Shown here: one piece after another, positions 10,535-19,127 of the stretch | Numbering within the stretch: position 1 is the first letter of the stretch | How the letters are laid out: every line of letters begins with the position of its first letter | Origin: Clostridia bacterium | GTDB taxonomy: Bacteria; Bacillota; Clostridia; UMGS1883; UMGS1540 | Direction of reading: 5' to 3' | Length of the DNA stretch: 64,000 bases | Assembly (NCBI GenBank): GCA_045533905.1 | Contig: JAZSIR010000021.1 | Span: 43,283-107,282, forward strand | Program-made: the position numbers and the translations under genes | Notes under the pieces: model-generated | Database searches by the model: none | What the model was told of the DNA's origin: nothing | Seen by the model: the letters and a program-made list of their open reading frames with translations, nothing else

Positions 10535-11242
10535 GTGATTATTTTGTCGATACATACTAGAGAAGAACTGTATATCAAACTCTTGGCGGAAAGAGAGCAT
10601 ACAGTTCGGGACCTGGCAAATAAACTTTTTGTGAGCGAACCTACGGTGCGGCGTGATATACTTGTTTTGGAAAAGAAGGATATTATCACACGCAAAAGAG
10701 GTAGGGTAAATCTCAAAATAAATTCTGCTGATAAACGCATTCCGTTATTTATTCGCGATATGGAAAACAACCCATCTAAAAGGCAAATAGCGCTTAAGGC
10801 TTTATCTTACATTAAAGATGGCGATACGATTATACTGGATGCCTCCACCACGGCCTACTGCCTGTTGCCGCATCTTGTAAATTTCAAAGAACTTTTCGTA
10901 ATAACGAACGGCGCAAAAACAGCTATTGACCTAGCGGCAATGGGGATCAAAACCATATGCACGGGCGGGGAGCTTACCGAAGAATCCTTTTCGTATGTCG
11001 GAACGGATGCCGAGAGCGTTTTAAGTCGCTATAATGCGGATGTAGCTTTTTTCTCCTGCAGAGGGATAACAGAGGATGGTTTTGTTACAGATAACTCTAT
11101 TTTAGAAAATTCTATGCGAAAAATTATGATAAGGAATGCAAGAAAGAGTTACCTTCTTTGTGATAAAAGTAAGCTTGGAAAAACCTATCTGAATACACTT
11201 TGCCACAAAAATGAACTGGATGGCGTTATAACGGATACGTAA
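10535..11242 (+). CDS. DeoR-family transcriptional regulator
   Basis: 235 aa with a GTG start. N-terminal HTH (TVRDLANKLFVSEPTVRRDILVLEKKDII) and a C-terminal DeoR sugar-binding fold (ILDASTTAY). Confidence 0.85.
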   Translation: MIILSIHTREELYIKLLAEREHTVRDLANKLFVSEPTVRRDILVLEKKDIITRKRGRVNLKINSADKRIPLFIRDMENNPSKRQIALKALSYIKDGDTIILDASTTAYCLLPHLVNFKELFVITNGAKTAIDLAAMGIKTICTGGELTEESFSYVGTDAESVLSRYNADVAFFSCRGITEDGFVTDNSILENSMRKIMIRNARKSYLLCDKSKLGKTYLNTLCHKNELDGVITDT

Positions 11243-11247
11243 TATAT

Positions 11248-11279
11248 AGGGCGTGCCTCACTATATTGAGGCACGCCCT
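11248..11279. terminator. bidirectional stem-loop between the DeoR gene stop and the stop codon of tail copy R1
   Basis: AGGGCGTGCCTCA-CTATAT-TGAGGCACGCCCT, followed by TTTT. Confidence 0.6.
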
Positions 11280-11280
11280 T

Positions 11281-11439
11281 TTACTTATTTGTTTTTCCCA
11301 CTTCCGAGAGCATATTTTCAATAAAAATCCCATACCCGCGCGTGGGGTCATTGACGAAAACGTGTGTTACAGCTCCAATGAGTTTGCCATTCTGAACGAT
11401 TGGGGAGCCGCTCATGACTGTTGTCAATGGGGGACAACA
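11281..11439 (-). repeat. R1: displaced copy of the spoIVB 3' end (11281-11415) plus the 7-7-7 inverted repeat (11419-11439)
   Basis: The minus strand reads [44 protein letters not shown] (stop at 11281-11283). The inverted repeat is TGTTGTC-AATGGGG-GACAACA. Confidence 0.85.
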
Positions 11440-11485
11440 AATTTTGAGGAATTTTCAAATCCAAGTTATGTTATATGTACTTTTA

Positions 11486-12694
11486 TCAATCAACTACACA
11501 ACCATTGGCATCCACCCATTTTTTACTGTCTACGTCAACACAAATCAACAACTTATTTAAATCAGTATCGAAAATCTGCTGTCCAAAAGACGGATAATAG
11601 CTGAGTCTTTCTGCAGTGCTGCAAACAGTTTTGTGGGTCATATTGATTGTGCGAAAGCCTTTACCTGAGCCATTTTCAAAAAGTTTAAAATTGGTTTCGT
11701 TTGTATGATTCCAGTCAGGCTGAAGTGTATATTCAATTCTTCCGCAAAAAGCTCCCGGGTGAATTTCACGCATAACATCCCCGAGTTTTCCTCCGGGGGT
11801 TTGGGTAGCCAAACGTTCGATGTTAAAGCTTATCATAGAAACTTCCTGACCGCCGATTAGAATATTACCATCACGGCCATGGTCACCACATTGATTAAAC
11901 AATGGTAAGTTCACATTTCTTTCGTCGCAACAGTTAATCATGGTGATAGGATGATTGTATCCACAATTAAAATCGTAGTTACCAAAAGTATAGCCATAAA
12001 CATTATGTGCTGCCGCACAATTTAACATAACAACATGTTCTCCGCCCACCTGAATTCCTTCATAGAAACCACCTGATGTAACATTGTCATAGCGAACAAT
12101 AAAGTTATTGCTACCATCGGTCATTGTAAGTCCGATGCAGCCTTCTTTTGCCATATCTGTTACACCCAAATATGTATTATCACGCTTTCCGCGAAGTCTG
12201 ACATTTTTCATCTGAACGCGGTCGCAACGACGCAAATCTATGCAGCGAACAGCTTTCTGATTATGCGCCAATGTCATAGTAATATTTTCGAGATTCAGAA
12301 CCGCTCCGCTATATAAACCTCTGTTTTTCCATTCGGTACGAAAAACAGAATATTCACCTTCTTCTATTTTAGAAAGTGCTTCCTCAGAAACATCAATCTG
12401 TACGCCCTCACGATTTTGTTCGAAGCTGAACGATTGTCCGATAATTGCAATTTCCTTATATAAAGCAGGTATCCTAATAGCTGCCATGGGTCCGCCATCT
12501 TCAAAATCATAAAAATCATCTACACAGTAAACACCGTTCAAAAGATAAACATTCTTTCCTTCTTCTGCGGCAGTCTTAATAGCTTTGTTTATCACAAGTT
12601 CATCATTTTTCCCTGAACAAACAAAATCAATGCCATCCTTTTCATTAAATTTTGAATTCGATGCAGCAACAGTTATAAAAGGTGAAAAACTCAT
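11486..12694 (-). CDS. right-handed parallel beta-helix (pectin-lyase fold) protein, probable glycan-degrading enzyme
   Basis: 402 aa. Repetitive beta-helix turns (NLENITM, RCDRVQMKNVRLRG, GLTMTDGSNNFIVRYDNV, VVMLNCAAAHN). No signal peptide. Confidence 0.5.
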   Translation of the reverse strand: MSFSPFITVAASNSKFNEKDGIDFVCSGKNDELVINKAIKTAAEEGKNVYLLNGVYCVDDFYDFEDGGPMAAIRIPALYKEIAIIGQSFSFEQNREGVQIDVSEEALSKIEEGEYSVFRTEWKNRGLYSGAVLNLENITMTLAHNQKAVRCIDLRRCDRVQMKNVRLRGKRDNTYLGVTDMAKEGCIGLTMTDGSNNFIVRYDNVTSGGFYEGIQVGGEHVVMLNCAAAHNVYGYTFGNYDFNCGYNHPITMINCCDERNVNLPLFNQCGDHGRDGNILIGGQEVSMISFNIERLATQTPGGKLGDVMREIHPGAFCGRIEYTLQPDWNHTNETNFKLFENGSGKGFRTINMTHKTVCSTAERLSYYPSFGQQIFDTDLNKLLICVDVDSKKWVDANGCVVD

Positions 12695-12733
12695 AAAATC
12701 TACTCCTTTTTAATTTTTATTCGGGTTAATACC

Positions 12734-13582
12734 TTAAATATTTAAAAATACTATGGATGCAAGTCCTGTTAAGAAACCTGCAAACTGTATTTTTGTCAGT
12801 TTTTCTTTATAAAATACTTTTGAAACAACATATGTAACAATAATTCCCCCTGCCGAAATCAGCGGAAACATAACGGATACAGCCATTGTTCCCGATAACA
12901 CCATAACAAGCAAATTAACAATACCATTCATAGCACCGGAAGCAACAGTAATAAACCGAGCATGATAAAAATTGCTTTTGAAATTATCTTTATTTGTTAC
13001 CAAAGTGGCTACTGCAAAAATCAAAAACACAATTGCGAGAGAAATTATCATAAATTCATTTTTGTATTCACCGTCGAATTTAATTTGTTGCATTTTCTGA
13101 ACGGTTGTACAAAGACCATTGCCGGCAAACGAAAGAAAAACAAATAAAAGCCATTTTGGTGTAATAGGACACTTGTCATTATTCTTGTTCACAAGGAAAA
13201 GCGAAATCGCAAGCAATCCAAGACCAATTATAAAATATATGCTTATTGGTTCCCTGAGAAAAGCAATTCCGTAAAAGGTTGGAATCATAAGTGAATATGA
13301 AATCATAAGTGACGAAAGTGACAAAGAACCATTTGCAATAGCAAGCATACCAGATAGTGAAGCGGTTGAAAATGATAAGGCAAAGGCTATCGAATATGGA
13401 ACAATCCCGGGATTCCAGCTAATATTCTTTGAAGTAACAAGAAAGAACATCATTGAAAAAAGCGCTGTAAGGGATAAAAAAAGATATGTACCATTTGTAC
13501 CTGTCTTTTCTGTATAGAATTTTTTAGCAATGCTCTGACCGGAAACGCCGGCTATTATAATTATCAAATATATAATGTTCAT
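12734..13582 (-). CDS. DMT/EamA-like 10-TM membrane transporter
   Basis: 282 aa. Entirely hydrophobic segments in a two-fold 5+5 pattern. Confidence 0.6.
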   Translation of the reverse strand: MNIIYLIIIIAGVSGQSIAKKFYTEKTGTNGTYLFLSLTALFSMMFFLVTSKNISWNPGIVPYSIAFALSFSTASLSGMLAIANGSLSLSSLMISYSLMIPTFYGIAFLREPISIYFIIGLGLLAISLFLVNKNNDKCPITPKWLLFVFLSFAGNGLCTTVQKMQQIKFDGEYKNEFMIISLAIVFLIFAVATLVTNKDNFKSNFYHARFITVASGAMNGIVNLLVMVLSGTMAVSVMFPLISAGGIIVTYVVSKVFYKEKLTKIQFAGFLTGLASIVFLNI

Positions 13583-13739
13583 ACGTTATGGCTCTATTTT
13601 CATCTGATACTACAAACAATCCCCATCAACTATATAAATTGTACCACTACATATTAATTTTTGTAAATAAATTATATTCTTTAAATATTGCAATATCTTC
13701 CCAACTATTATATAATATTGTTTAGAGGAGGCGTTAAAA

Positions 13740-14546
13740 ATGATTATAAAATACAATACAGAAAAGTTGCGACGTATTATAACCGATATAACCACCTTGA
13801 CTGGAATAAGCGTAGCCGTATTAGATACAGACTATAGCACCATAATAAGAGGACCACAGAGTAAAGAGTATTGCTCATTGCTGCAAACAATAGAAATTAA
13901 AAAAAAGCATTGCAAACAGTGTGATACAAGAATCTTAAACCGATGCCGTTCCTCTAAAAATTTGGAAAGTCACATATGCAGTGCGGGTCTTTATGATTCT
14001 GCAATGCCCATTATAAAAGACGATAACATCGTCGGATATGTCATAATGGGGCAGGTACGTTCTATGGACTCTCCTGCTCTGCCTAAATATTTACCTGATA
14101 CAGATCCTCAAACACTTAAAAAGTTAAATAAAATCTATGAACAAACTCCATTTATTTCAAAAAATCAATTGGAAGCACTGTATGATCTTCTGCCTCATAT
14201 TCTATTTGATAGTGCGATTGAGTTTGTGTACGATCCTGTTGCAATTGATATACTTAAGTTTATTGATGCAAATTTGCAAGCGGATTTAAGTATAAAACAG
14301 CTATGTGAAAGATTTTATATATCAAAAAACCGATTATATGAAGTTTTTCGGAACAATCTAGGATGCACCGTTACAGGATATATTAACGAACAACGCATCA
14401 AGCAAGCAAAAGAATTACTTAAACAATCAGACGATTCTATCTGTAATATTGCCGAAAAGGTAGGTATTTACAATTATACATATTTCTGTAAACTATTTAA
14501 AAAGCTCAGTGGAGTCACACCCACTGAATACAGAAAAAAGCCATAA
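13740..14546 (+). CDS. AraC-family regulator with an N-terminal PocR-type sensor domain
   Basis: 268 aa. PocR-like segment with a Cys-rich stretch (CSLLQ...HCKQCDTRILNRC...HICSAGLYDSAMPII...GYVIMGQV) and a C-terminal AraC HTH (GIYNYTYFCKLFKKLSGVTPTEYR). Confidence 0.8.
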   Translation: MIIKYNTEKLRRIITDITTLTGISVAVLDTDYSTIIRGPQSKEYCSLLQTIEIKKKHCKQCDTRILNRCRSSKNLESHICSAGLYDSAMPIIKDDNIVGYVIMGQVRSMDSPALPKYLPDTDPQTLKKLNKIYEQTPFISKNQLEALYDLLPHILFDSAIEFVYDPVAIDILKFIDANLQADLSIKQLCERFYISKNRLYEVFRNNLGCTVTGYINEQRIKQAKELLKQSDDSICNIAEKVGIYNYTYFCKLFKKLSGVTPTEYRKKP

Positions 14547-14561
14547 AAGGTTTACGTAAAA

Positions 14562-14590
14562 ATGCTCACTTATGAAATATAAGTGAGCAT
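14562..14590. terminator. stem-loop between the AraC stop and the R2 stop codon
   Basis: ATGCTCACTT-ATGAAATAT-AAGTGAGCAT, a 10-bp perfect stem. Confidence 0.5.
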
Positions 14591-14595
14591 TAATG

Positions 14596-14751
14596 TTATT
14601 TAATTTTCTCCGCTTCAGCCAGCATATTCTCTATAAATATCCCATATCCACGTGTCGGGTCATTTACAAAAACGTGTGTCACAGCTCCAATGAGTTTGCC
14701 ATTCTGAACGATTGGGGAGCCGCTCAAGACTGTTGTCAATAGGGGACAACA
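14596..14751 (-). repeat. R2: displaced copy of the spoIVB 3' end (14596-14724) plus the 7-7-7 inverted repeat (14731-14751)
   Basis: The minus strand reads [42 protein letters not shown]. The inverted repeat is TGTTGTC-AATAGGG-GACAACA. Confidence 0.85.
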
Positions 14752-14753
14752 AA

Positions 14754-16949
14754 TCAGATAAGTTTTTCTAACTCTGCCAGAATTCTATCGGCAATATTCT
14801 TCATCCCAATATCTCCGGGATGGTTTGCAACACCCTCGTGGCTAAATAATCCTATTGCTTTCATTTCATTAAGTTCACCCAGGTCTCCAAGTTCAATACA
14901 GGTCAAATTATTTTCTTTTGCATATTCTAAAATGATTTTATCACCGGGATGTTTCCAAAATCCTGTTGTTAATATAACTTTGGCCTTTAATGATTTGTTT
15001 AAATAGTCAAGCAGTTCTCCCAGTTCACGTTTGAATATTTCACAGTCAAATTCATTTTGCGGACAATTTTCAATAAAACGCATCACGATAATATCAGCAT
15101 CAAAGCTGCGGGCTTCTTCAAAGAGATAATGTTTGGTTGAGCCATTTTTATATTCCATTTCCCATTCCGCAACCTGACAGATGCAAAACGCCGCATCGGC
15201 TGATTTTTCCGAAACCGCAGACATCACACGATGAACATAGTCGTTTTCGGGACAGGAAGCCGCCATTCCGCATTCGTTGTACCAGCCTATCTGCGGGCGG
15301 AAGCCGTGGAGTGTCATCGAATTTCCCACAAACATCACTCGTTTACCTTTGCCATTCAAATTAAAAAATCGAATATGCCCACTATTATTGAGTTGATGAC
15401 CGGCACAAACCGTATTTTTCTGAAGTTGTTGGTATTCAGATGTTTTATAACAGATATTCTGCGTAAACTCTCCTGTAACGAATTGGTTCTCGTCAAAGTT
15501 TTTAAGAAGTTCTTGGTTCCAATACAAATTCTCAATCAATATATCTTTGGTTTGGTGGGTATCATCATAACCTTTGAAATATAGCGTTGGCTTTTGGCGA
15601 CCAAAGAGGTGAATGTTACTGAACAACATATTTCGATTGATGCCTCTGCGTGTGCCACCAGCAGAATACTCATGATGGAAACTGCTGACAATATGTATAA
15701 GATCAGGTGCATAATCTAAATTGGTGTTTTGATATGTTTCTGAATCTTTATTTTGAATAACACCTATTGGAATCACATCATCGTACTCTATATTTATATT
15801 TTTATACACCACATCATGCACATCGGCATAATCCACGTTGGAGCAGTCAAGTACATGACCGGTAACGTGTATGATGTTGCAGTTCTTAAAAACAATATTG
15901 CTTATTTCTTCCGCCCTTGTTTCTGCCCCGATTTCAAGACTTTTTCCCCAGTCGTTCCATATGGTGCAATTTTTTATAACTGTGTTCTTAAAAACATCGT
16001 AAGCTTTTCCTTTACGATACATTGCCTCTTTTACCGCTTTTTCAACATCATCTTCATGATAGCAATCAAAGCCTTTTACACAGATTGAATCATCAAAGGT
16101 TCGTAAAAAGCAATTATCTATAACAACATCTTCGCAATTGTGCATATCAATACCGTCTGAATTGTAACGCCAGCAACCAATAATTTTAACATTTGAAATA
16201 TGCATATTTTTGCAACCGATTGGTCTTATATTATAAACCAATGAATCGCGGATGGTGATGCCTTCAATTTTAATATTGTTACAATATTCAAGTTGAACTG
16301 TGTGCTCTCGTTTTGCATTATTGACTGCCGAAATATTATTTTCTGCATTATACTCAAAAAGTATTTTCTCAGTGTTTTTACTGTTGTCAAGAATACCTCT
16401 GCCCAAAATTTTTATGTTTTCGGAATCTATTGATTTTACACAGGCATAAACCACCGCACCTTCGTCAATAAACAATGTCTGATTGCTTTTTAATACAATT
16501 TCTCCGGCATAGTGTTCACCTTTGCCGAAATATATAACATTAGTATTGTTATAATCAATGTCATAGCAAGGTGTGGGATCAGAAAAAATATGAAGTGCAT
16601 TATTTCTGCCATACGGCTCAACGGTAAAATAAGCAGGCTTTTCAAGAGTAAATGTGATTTTTCCGTCTTTGATTTCCGGTGTTATACCCAATGACAACGG
16701 GCGTATAATAACTTCCTCAAAGGGATTTTGAGGAATTATTTCAAAAGACACCGATTCATCTGAAGAAAGTGAAAGGAAATTAACAAGTTCGGTTTGAGCT
16801 TTACTACGCTGATGCCCCGGCCAGCGACGGTTAAAAGGGAATGCAGACACACGGGCAGTATCAAGTGTTACCGGTTGTCCGTTCACTTTAACCTTATAAT
16901 TTTCTATGTGGTCTTTGGTTTGTGTTACAGGATAAATATTTATCGACAT
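14754..16949 (-). CDS. GH28-like beta-helix glycosidase fused to a C-terminal SGNH/GDSL-type esterase domain
   Basis: 731 aa. [32 protein letters not shown] resembles the GH28 NTDGID/DDC motifs. The C-terminus has [12 protein letters not shown] and [13 protein letters not shown] (SGNH blocks I and V). Confidence 0.65.
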   Translation of the reverse strand: MSINIYPVTQTKDHIENYKVKVNGQPVTLDTARVSAFPFNRRWPGHQRSKAQTELVNFLSLSSDESVSFEIIPQNPFEEVIIRPLSLGITPEIKDGKITFTLEKPAYFTVEPYGRNNALHIFSDPTPCYDIDYNNTNVIYFGKGEHYAGEIVLKSNQTLFIDEGAVVYACVKSIDSENIKILGRGILDNSKNTEKILFEYNAENNISAVNNAKREHTVQLEYCNNIKIEGITIRDSLVYNIRPIGCKNMHISNVKIIGCWRYNSDGIDMHNCEDVVIDNCFLRTFDDSICVKGFDCYHEDDVEKAVKEAMYRKGKAYDVFKNTVIKNCTIWNDWGKSLEIGAETRAEEISNIVFKNCNIIHVTGHVLDCSNVDYADVHDVVYKNINIEYDDVIPIGVIQNKDSETYQNTNLDYAPDLIHIVSSFHHEYSAGGTRRGINRNMLFSNIHLFGRQKPTLYFKGYDDTHQTKDILIENLYWNQELLKNFDENQFVTGEFTQNICYKTSEYQQLQKNTVCAGHQLNNSGHIRFFNLNGKGKRVMFVGNSMTLHGFRPQIGWYNECGMAASCPENDYVHRVMSAVSEKSADAAFCICQVAEWEMEYKNGSTKHYLFEEARSFDADIIVMRFIENCPQNEFDCEIFKRELGELLDYLNKSLKAKVILTTGFWKHPGDKIILEYAKENNLTCIELGDLGELNEMKAIGLFSHEGVANHPGDIGMKNIADRILAELEKLI

Positions 16950-17101
16950 ATCTTTGACTCCTTGTATTTTAGAATTACTATGACAATTATAATATTAAAG
17001 CAAGTAGAAAAATAGGTAATTTTTTAATATTAAAGGTATATATTTATTGACATTTTTGAGGATGCAATATATAATAGTCGTTATAAAAACCCCAAAGGAG
17101 T

Positions 17102-18004
17102 TTGATATGTGTGTATGTTTATAAAATCAAAATAAATTGTTTGCCAAAACTAATATGGGCTTGCGAAGTTACTGTTGAAAACTATGAATGGAGAAATCGC
17201 AATAGCAAAGATGTGTTGGAAATTTCGTATTCAAAATTTGACACAAAATCTGTTACCCTTAATAACAATAACTTTCTACTGAAAAACAACACTCTATCCT
17301 GCATAGTGGCTGATGAAAACCGTACAGCCTCCTGCAAATCGGGAAAGCCAATAACAATTGTATCAGTTGCTGTTAGTTTAAGTGATTTTAAATACCAACC
17401 ATGCGAACTTGTTGAAGCTGACTTGAGTGATGAAACAGTTCTTATATTGCCTTTTTATTTGGAAGAGTTGCCAATTAATTATGAACTTGAAATAATAAAG
17501 AAACTTCATGAAATCATTAAACTATCTTCCGCTGATTCGGAAAACAGAAAGATTGCTTTAGCATCTGCATTCTTTAACCTGATATGTGAGATTGATAAAA
17601 TAACACGAAATAATATCTGCAGCCAAAACAACAGCGTCAATTATTATGTAAAAAAAATTGATTACATTATCGAATCCAGATATAATGAGAAAATCACTCT
17701 CCAGTCAGTTGCATCAGAGTTGAATATATCACCGGTTTACCTGTCAACCATTTATAAAAGCATAACCGGTATAAATTTTTCGGAGCAACTTCTTATTGTG
17801 CGGATGAAACACGCAGAAAATTTATTGTTTGATCAAAATATTTCCACAACAAAGGTTGCAGAACTTTGCGGATTTTGCGATGAAAATTATTTCAGGAAAA
17901 GATTCAAACGTTTTTTTGGTATGAATGTAAGCGAGTGCAGAAAAATCAAAAACGGATTAACGCTCTACCACGAAAAACCTCAAAGAAAAAATGACAGCTG
18001 CTAA
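17102..18004 (+). CDS. AraC-family transcriptional regulator
   Basis: 300 aa; the start may be GTG 17111 after RBS AAAGGAG. C-terminal HTH: ISPVYLSTIYKSITGINFSEQL...CGFCDENYFRKRFKRFFGMNVSECR. Confidence 0.8.
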   Translation: MICVYVYKIKINCLPKLIWACEVTVENYEWRNRNSKDVLEISYSKFDTKSVTLNNNNFLLKNNTLSCIVADENRTASCKSGKPITIVSVAVSLSDFKYQPCELVEADLSDETVLILPFYLEELPINYELEIIKKLHEIIKLSSADSENRKIALASAFFNLICEIDKITRNNICSQNNSVNYYVKKIDYIIESRYNEKITLQSVASELNISPVYLSTIYKSITGINFSEQLLIVRMKHAENLLFDQNISTTKVAELCGFCDENYFRKRFKRFFGMNVSECRKIKNGLTLYHEKPQRKNDSC

Positions 18005-18020
18005 ATTTAGCGGCTGTCAT
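17991..18020. terminator. stem-loop overlapping the AraC stop, immediately before the R3 stop codon
   Basis: ATGACAGCTG-CTAAATTTAG-CGGCTGTCAT with one mismatch, followed by TTTT. Confidence 0.45.
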
Positions 18021-18026
18021 TTTAAA

Positions 18027-18203
18027 TTAAAAATTTTCTGAATTCTTTTCTTCAATGCTTCGTGCAGCCGCTAACATATTTTCAATAAATATCCCATAAC
18101 CTCTTGTTGGATCATTTACAAATACGTGTGTCACAGCTCCCACAATTCGGCCATTTTGCAGGATGGGTGAACCAGACACGAGTGTTGTCAATATGGGACA
18201 ACA
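18027..18203 (-). repeat. R3: displaced copy of the spoIVB 3' end (18027-18176) plus the 7-7-7 inverted repeat (18183-18203)
   Basis: The minus strand reads [49 protein letters not shown]. The inverted repeat is TGTTGTC-AATATGG-GACAACA. Confidence 0.8.
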
Positions 18204-18217
18204 ATTTTTTATATTTT

Positions 18218-19027
18218 TTATAATTTACGCATTTTTCCGGGTGTTATTTTATAAACATTTTTAAAAGTGTTCGACATATGAGACTGTGAATAGAATCCGC
18301 ATAGGTGTGAGATTTCGGAAATTGAAATATCCGTTGTGAGTAACATTTCTCGTACTCTTATCAATCTTTGTTTTGTAATATATTTATGTAGCGTTATCCC
18401 TTCGTTTTTTACAAAAACTTCATTAAGATAATATGGATGATAGTGCAATTTATCTGAGATTTCCTTTATATTTACAGATATGTTATTTTCAACGATTTCT
18501 TTAATTTTTTCACATAGAGGTACTTTGTGTTGATTGTTTTCTTTGTTTCTCGACAACTTTAACAAAATTATATTCAAATACAAATTTTCTATATCTTGTT
18601 TTTTTGTGCTTTTTTTACTTTCATTGTAAATGCTTTCTATATCGTTCCCTATTTCTTTTGCATTATTTACATATATTACATCAGAAAAAATATCTGGAAT
18701 TTCAGCATTATACCGAAATATAGTGTCATAATTAAACTCACCCGCTTTTTCCGGTACCATTACTCCTATATGCGAAAACTCTTGCGTAAAATCAAAGTTA
18801 ACTGTATAAAATATTATGGTTTCATTTGAATGAATATGATAGGGAAACCCTGAAGGATAATAAATTAGAGTATTTTTACAAAGAGGGTATGTTTTATTGT
18901 TACATTCAAAAACACCATTACCACTCAAAATATAAATCATACGGCAATCCCTCGCAATTACCATGTTATCTATAAAATATTTTGTTTTTGCAATATATCT
19001 TACAAAAGGCTCATAATACAAAGGCAT
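18218..19027 (-). CDS. AraC-family regulator (cupin sensor plus HTH)
   Basis: 269 aa. N-terminal cupin-like region ([17 protein letters not shown]) and C-terminal HTH ([25 protein letters not shown]). Confidence 0.8.
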   Translation of the reverse strand: MPLYYEPFVRYIAKTKYFIDNMVIARDCRMIYILSGNGVFECNNKTYPLCKNTLIYYPSGFPYHIHSNETIIFYTVNFDFTQEFSHIGVMVPEKAGEFNYDTIFRYNAEIPDIFSDVIYVNNAKEIGNDIESIYNESKKSTKKQDIENLYLNIILLKLSRNKENNQHKVPLCEKIKEIVENNISVNIKEISDKLHYHPYYLNEVFVKNEGITLHKYITKQRLIRVREMLLTTDISISEISHLCGFYSQSHMSNTFKNVYKITPGKMRKL

Positions 19028-19127
19028 ACAACCAACTCATTTCTTTGTTTTTTGATAAAATAACTTCGTTATATGCATTGATTATAACATAATTAAATAT
19101 TATAATCAAGAAAAATAATAAAAGAAG

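Larger units (their letters stand above)
11416..14730 (-). mobile_element. Module A (~3.3 kb): hairpin, beta-helix enzyme, DMT transporter, PocR-AraC regulator, terminator, spoIVB-tail copy R2
   Basis: AT-rich block bounded by R1 plus its hairpin on one side and the R2 tail on the other. No recombinase is present. Confidence 0.55.
14731..18182 (-). mobile_element. Module B (~3.45 kb): hairpin, GH28-like/SGNH fusion enzyme, AraC regulator, terminator, tail copy R3
   Basis: AT-rich block bounded by the R2 hairpin and the R3 tail. No recombinase is present. Confidence 0.55.

Noticed and set aside
11266-11604. 112-aa plus-strand ORF spanning repeat R1
   Set aside because: It is the antisense reading of the displaced spoIVB tail and the hairpin. 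Equivalent frames are not conserved in R2-R4.
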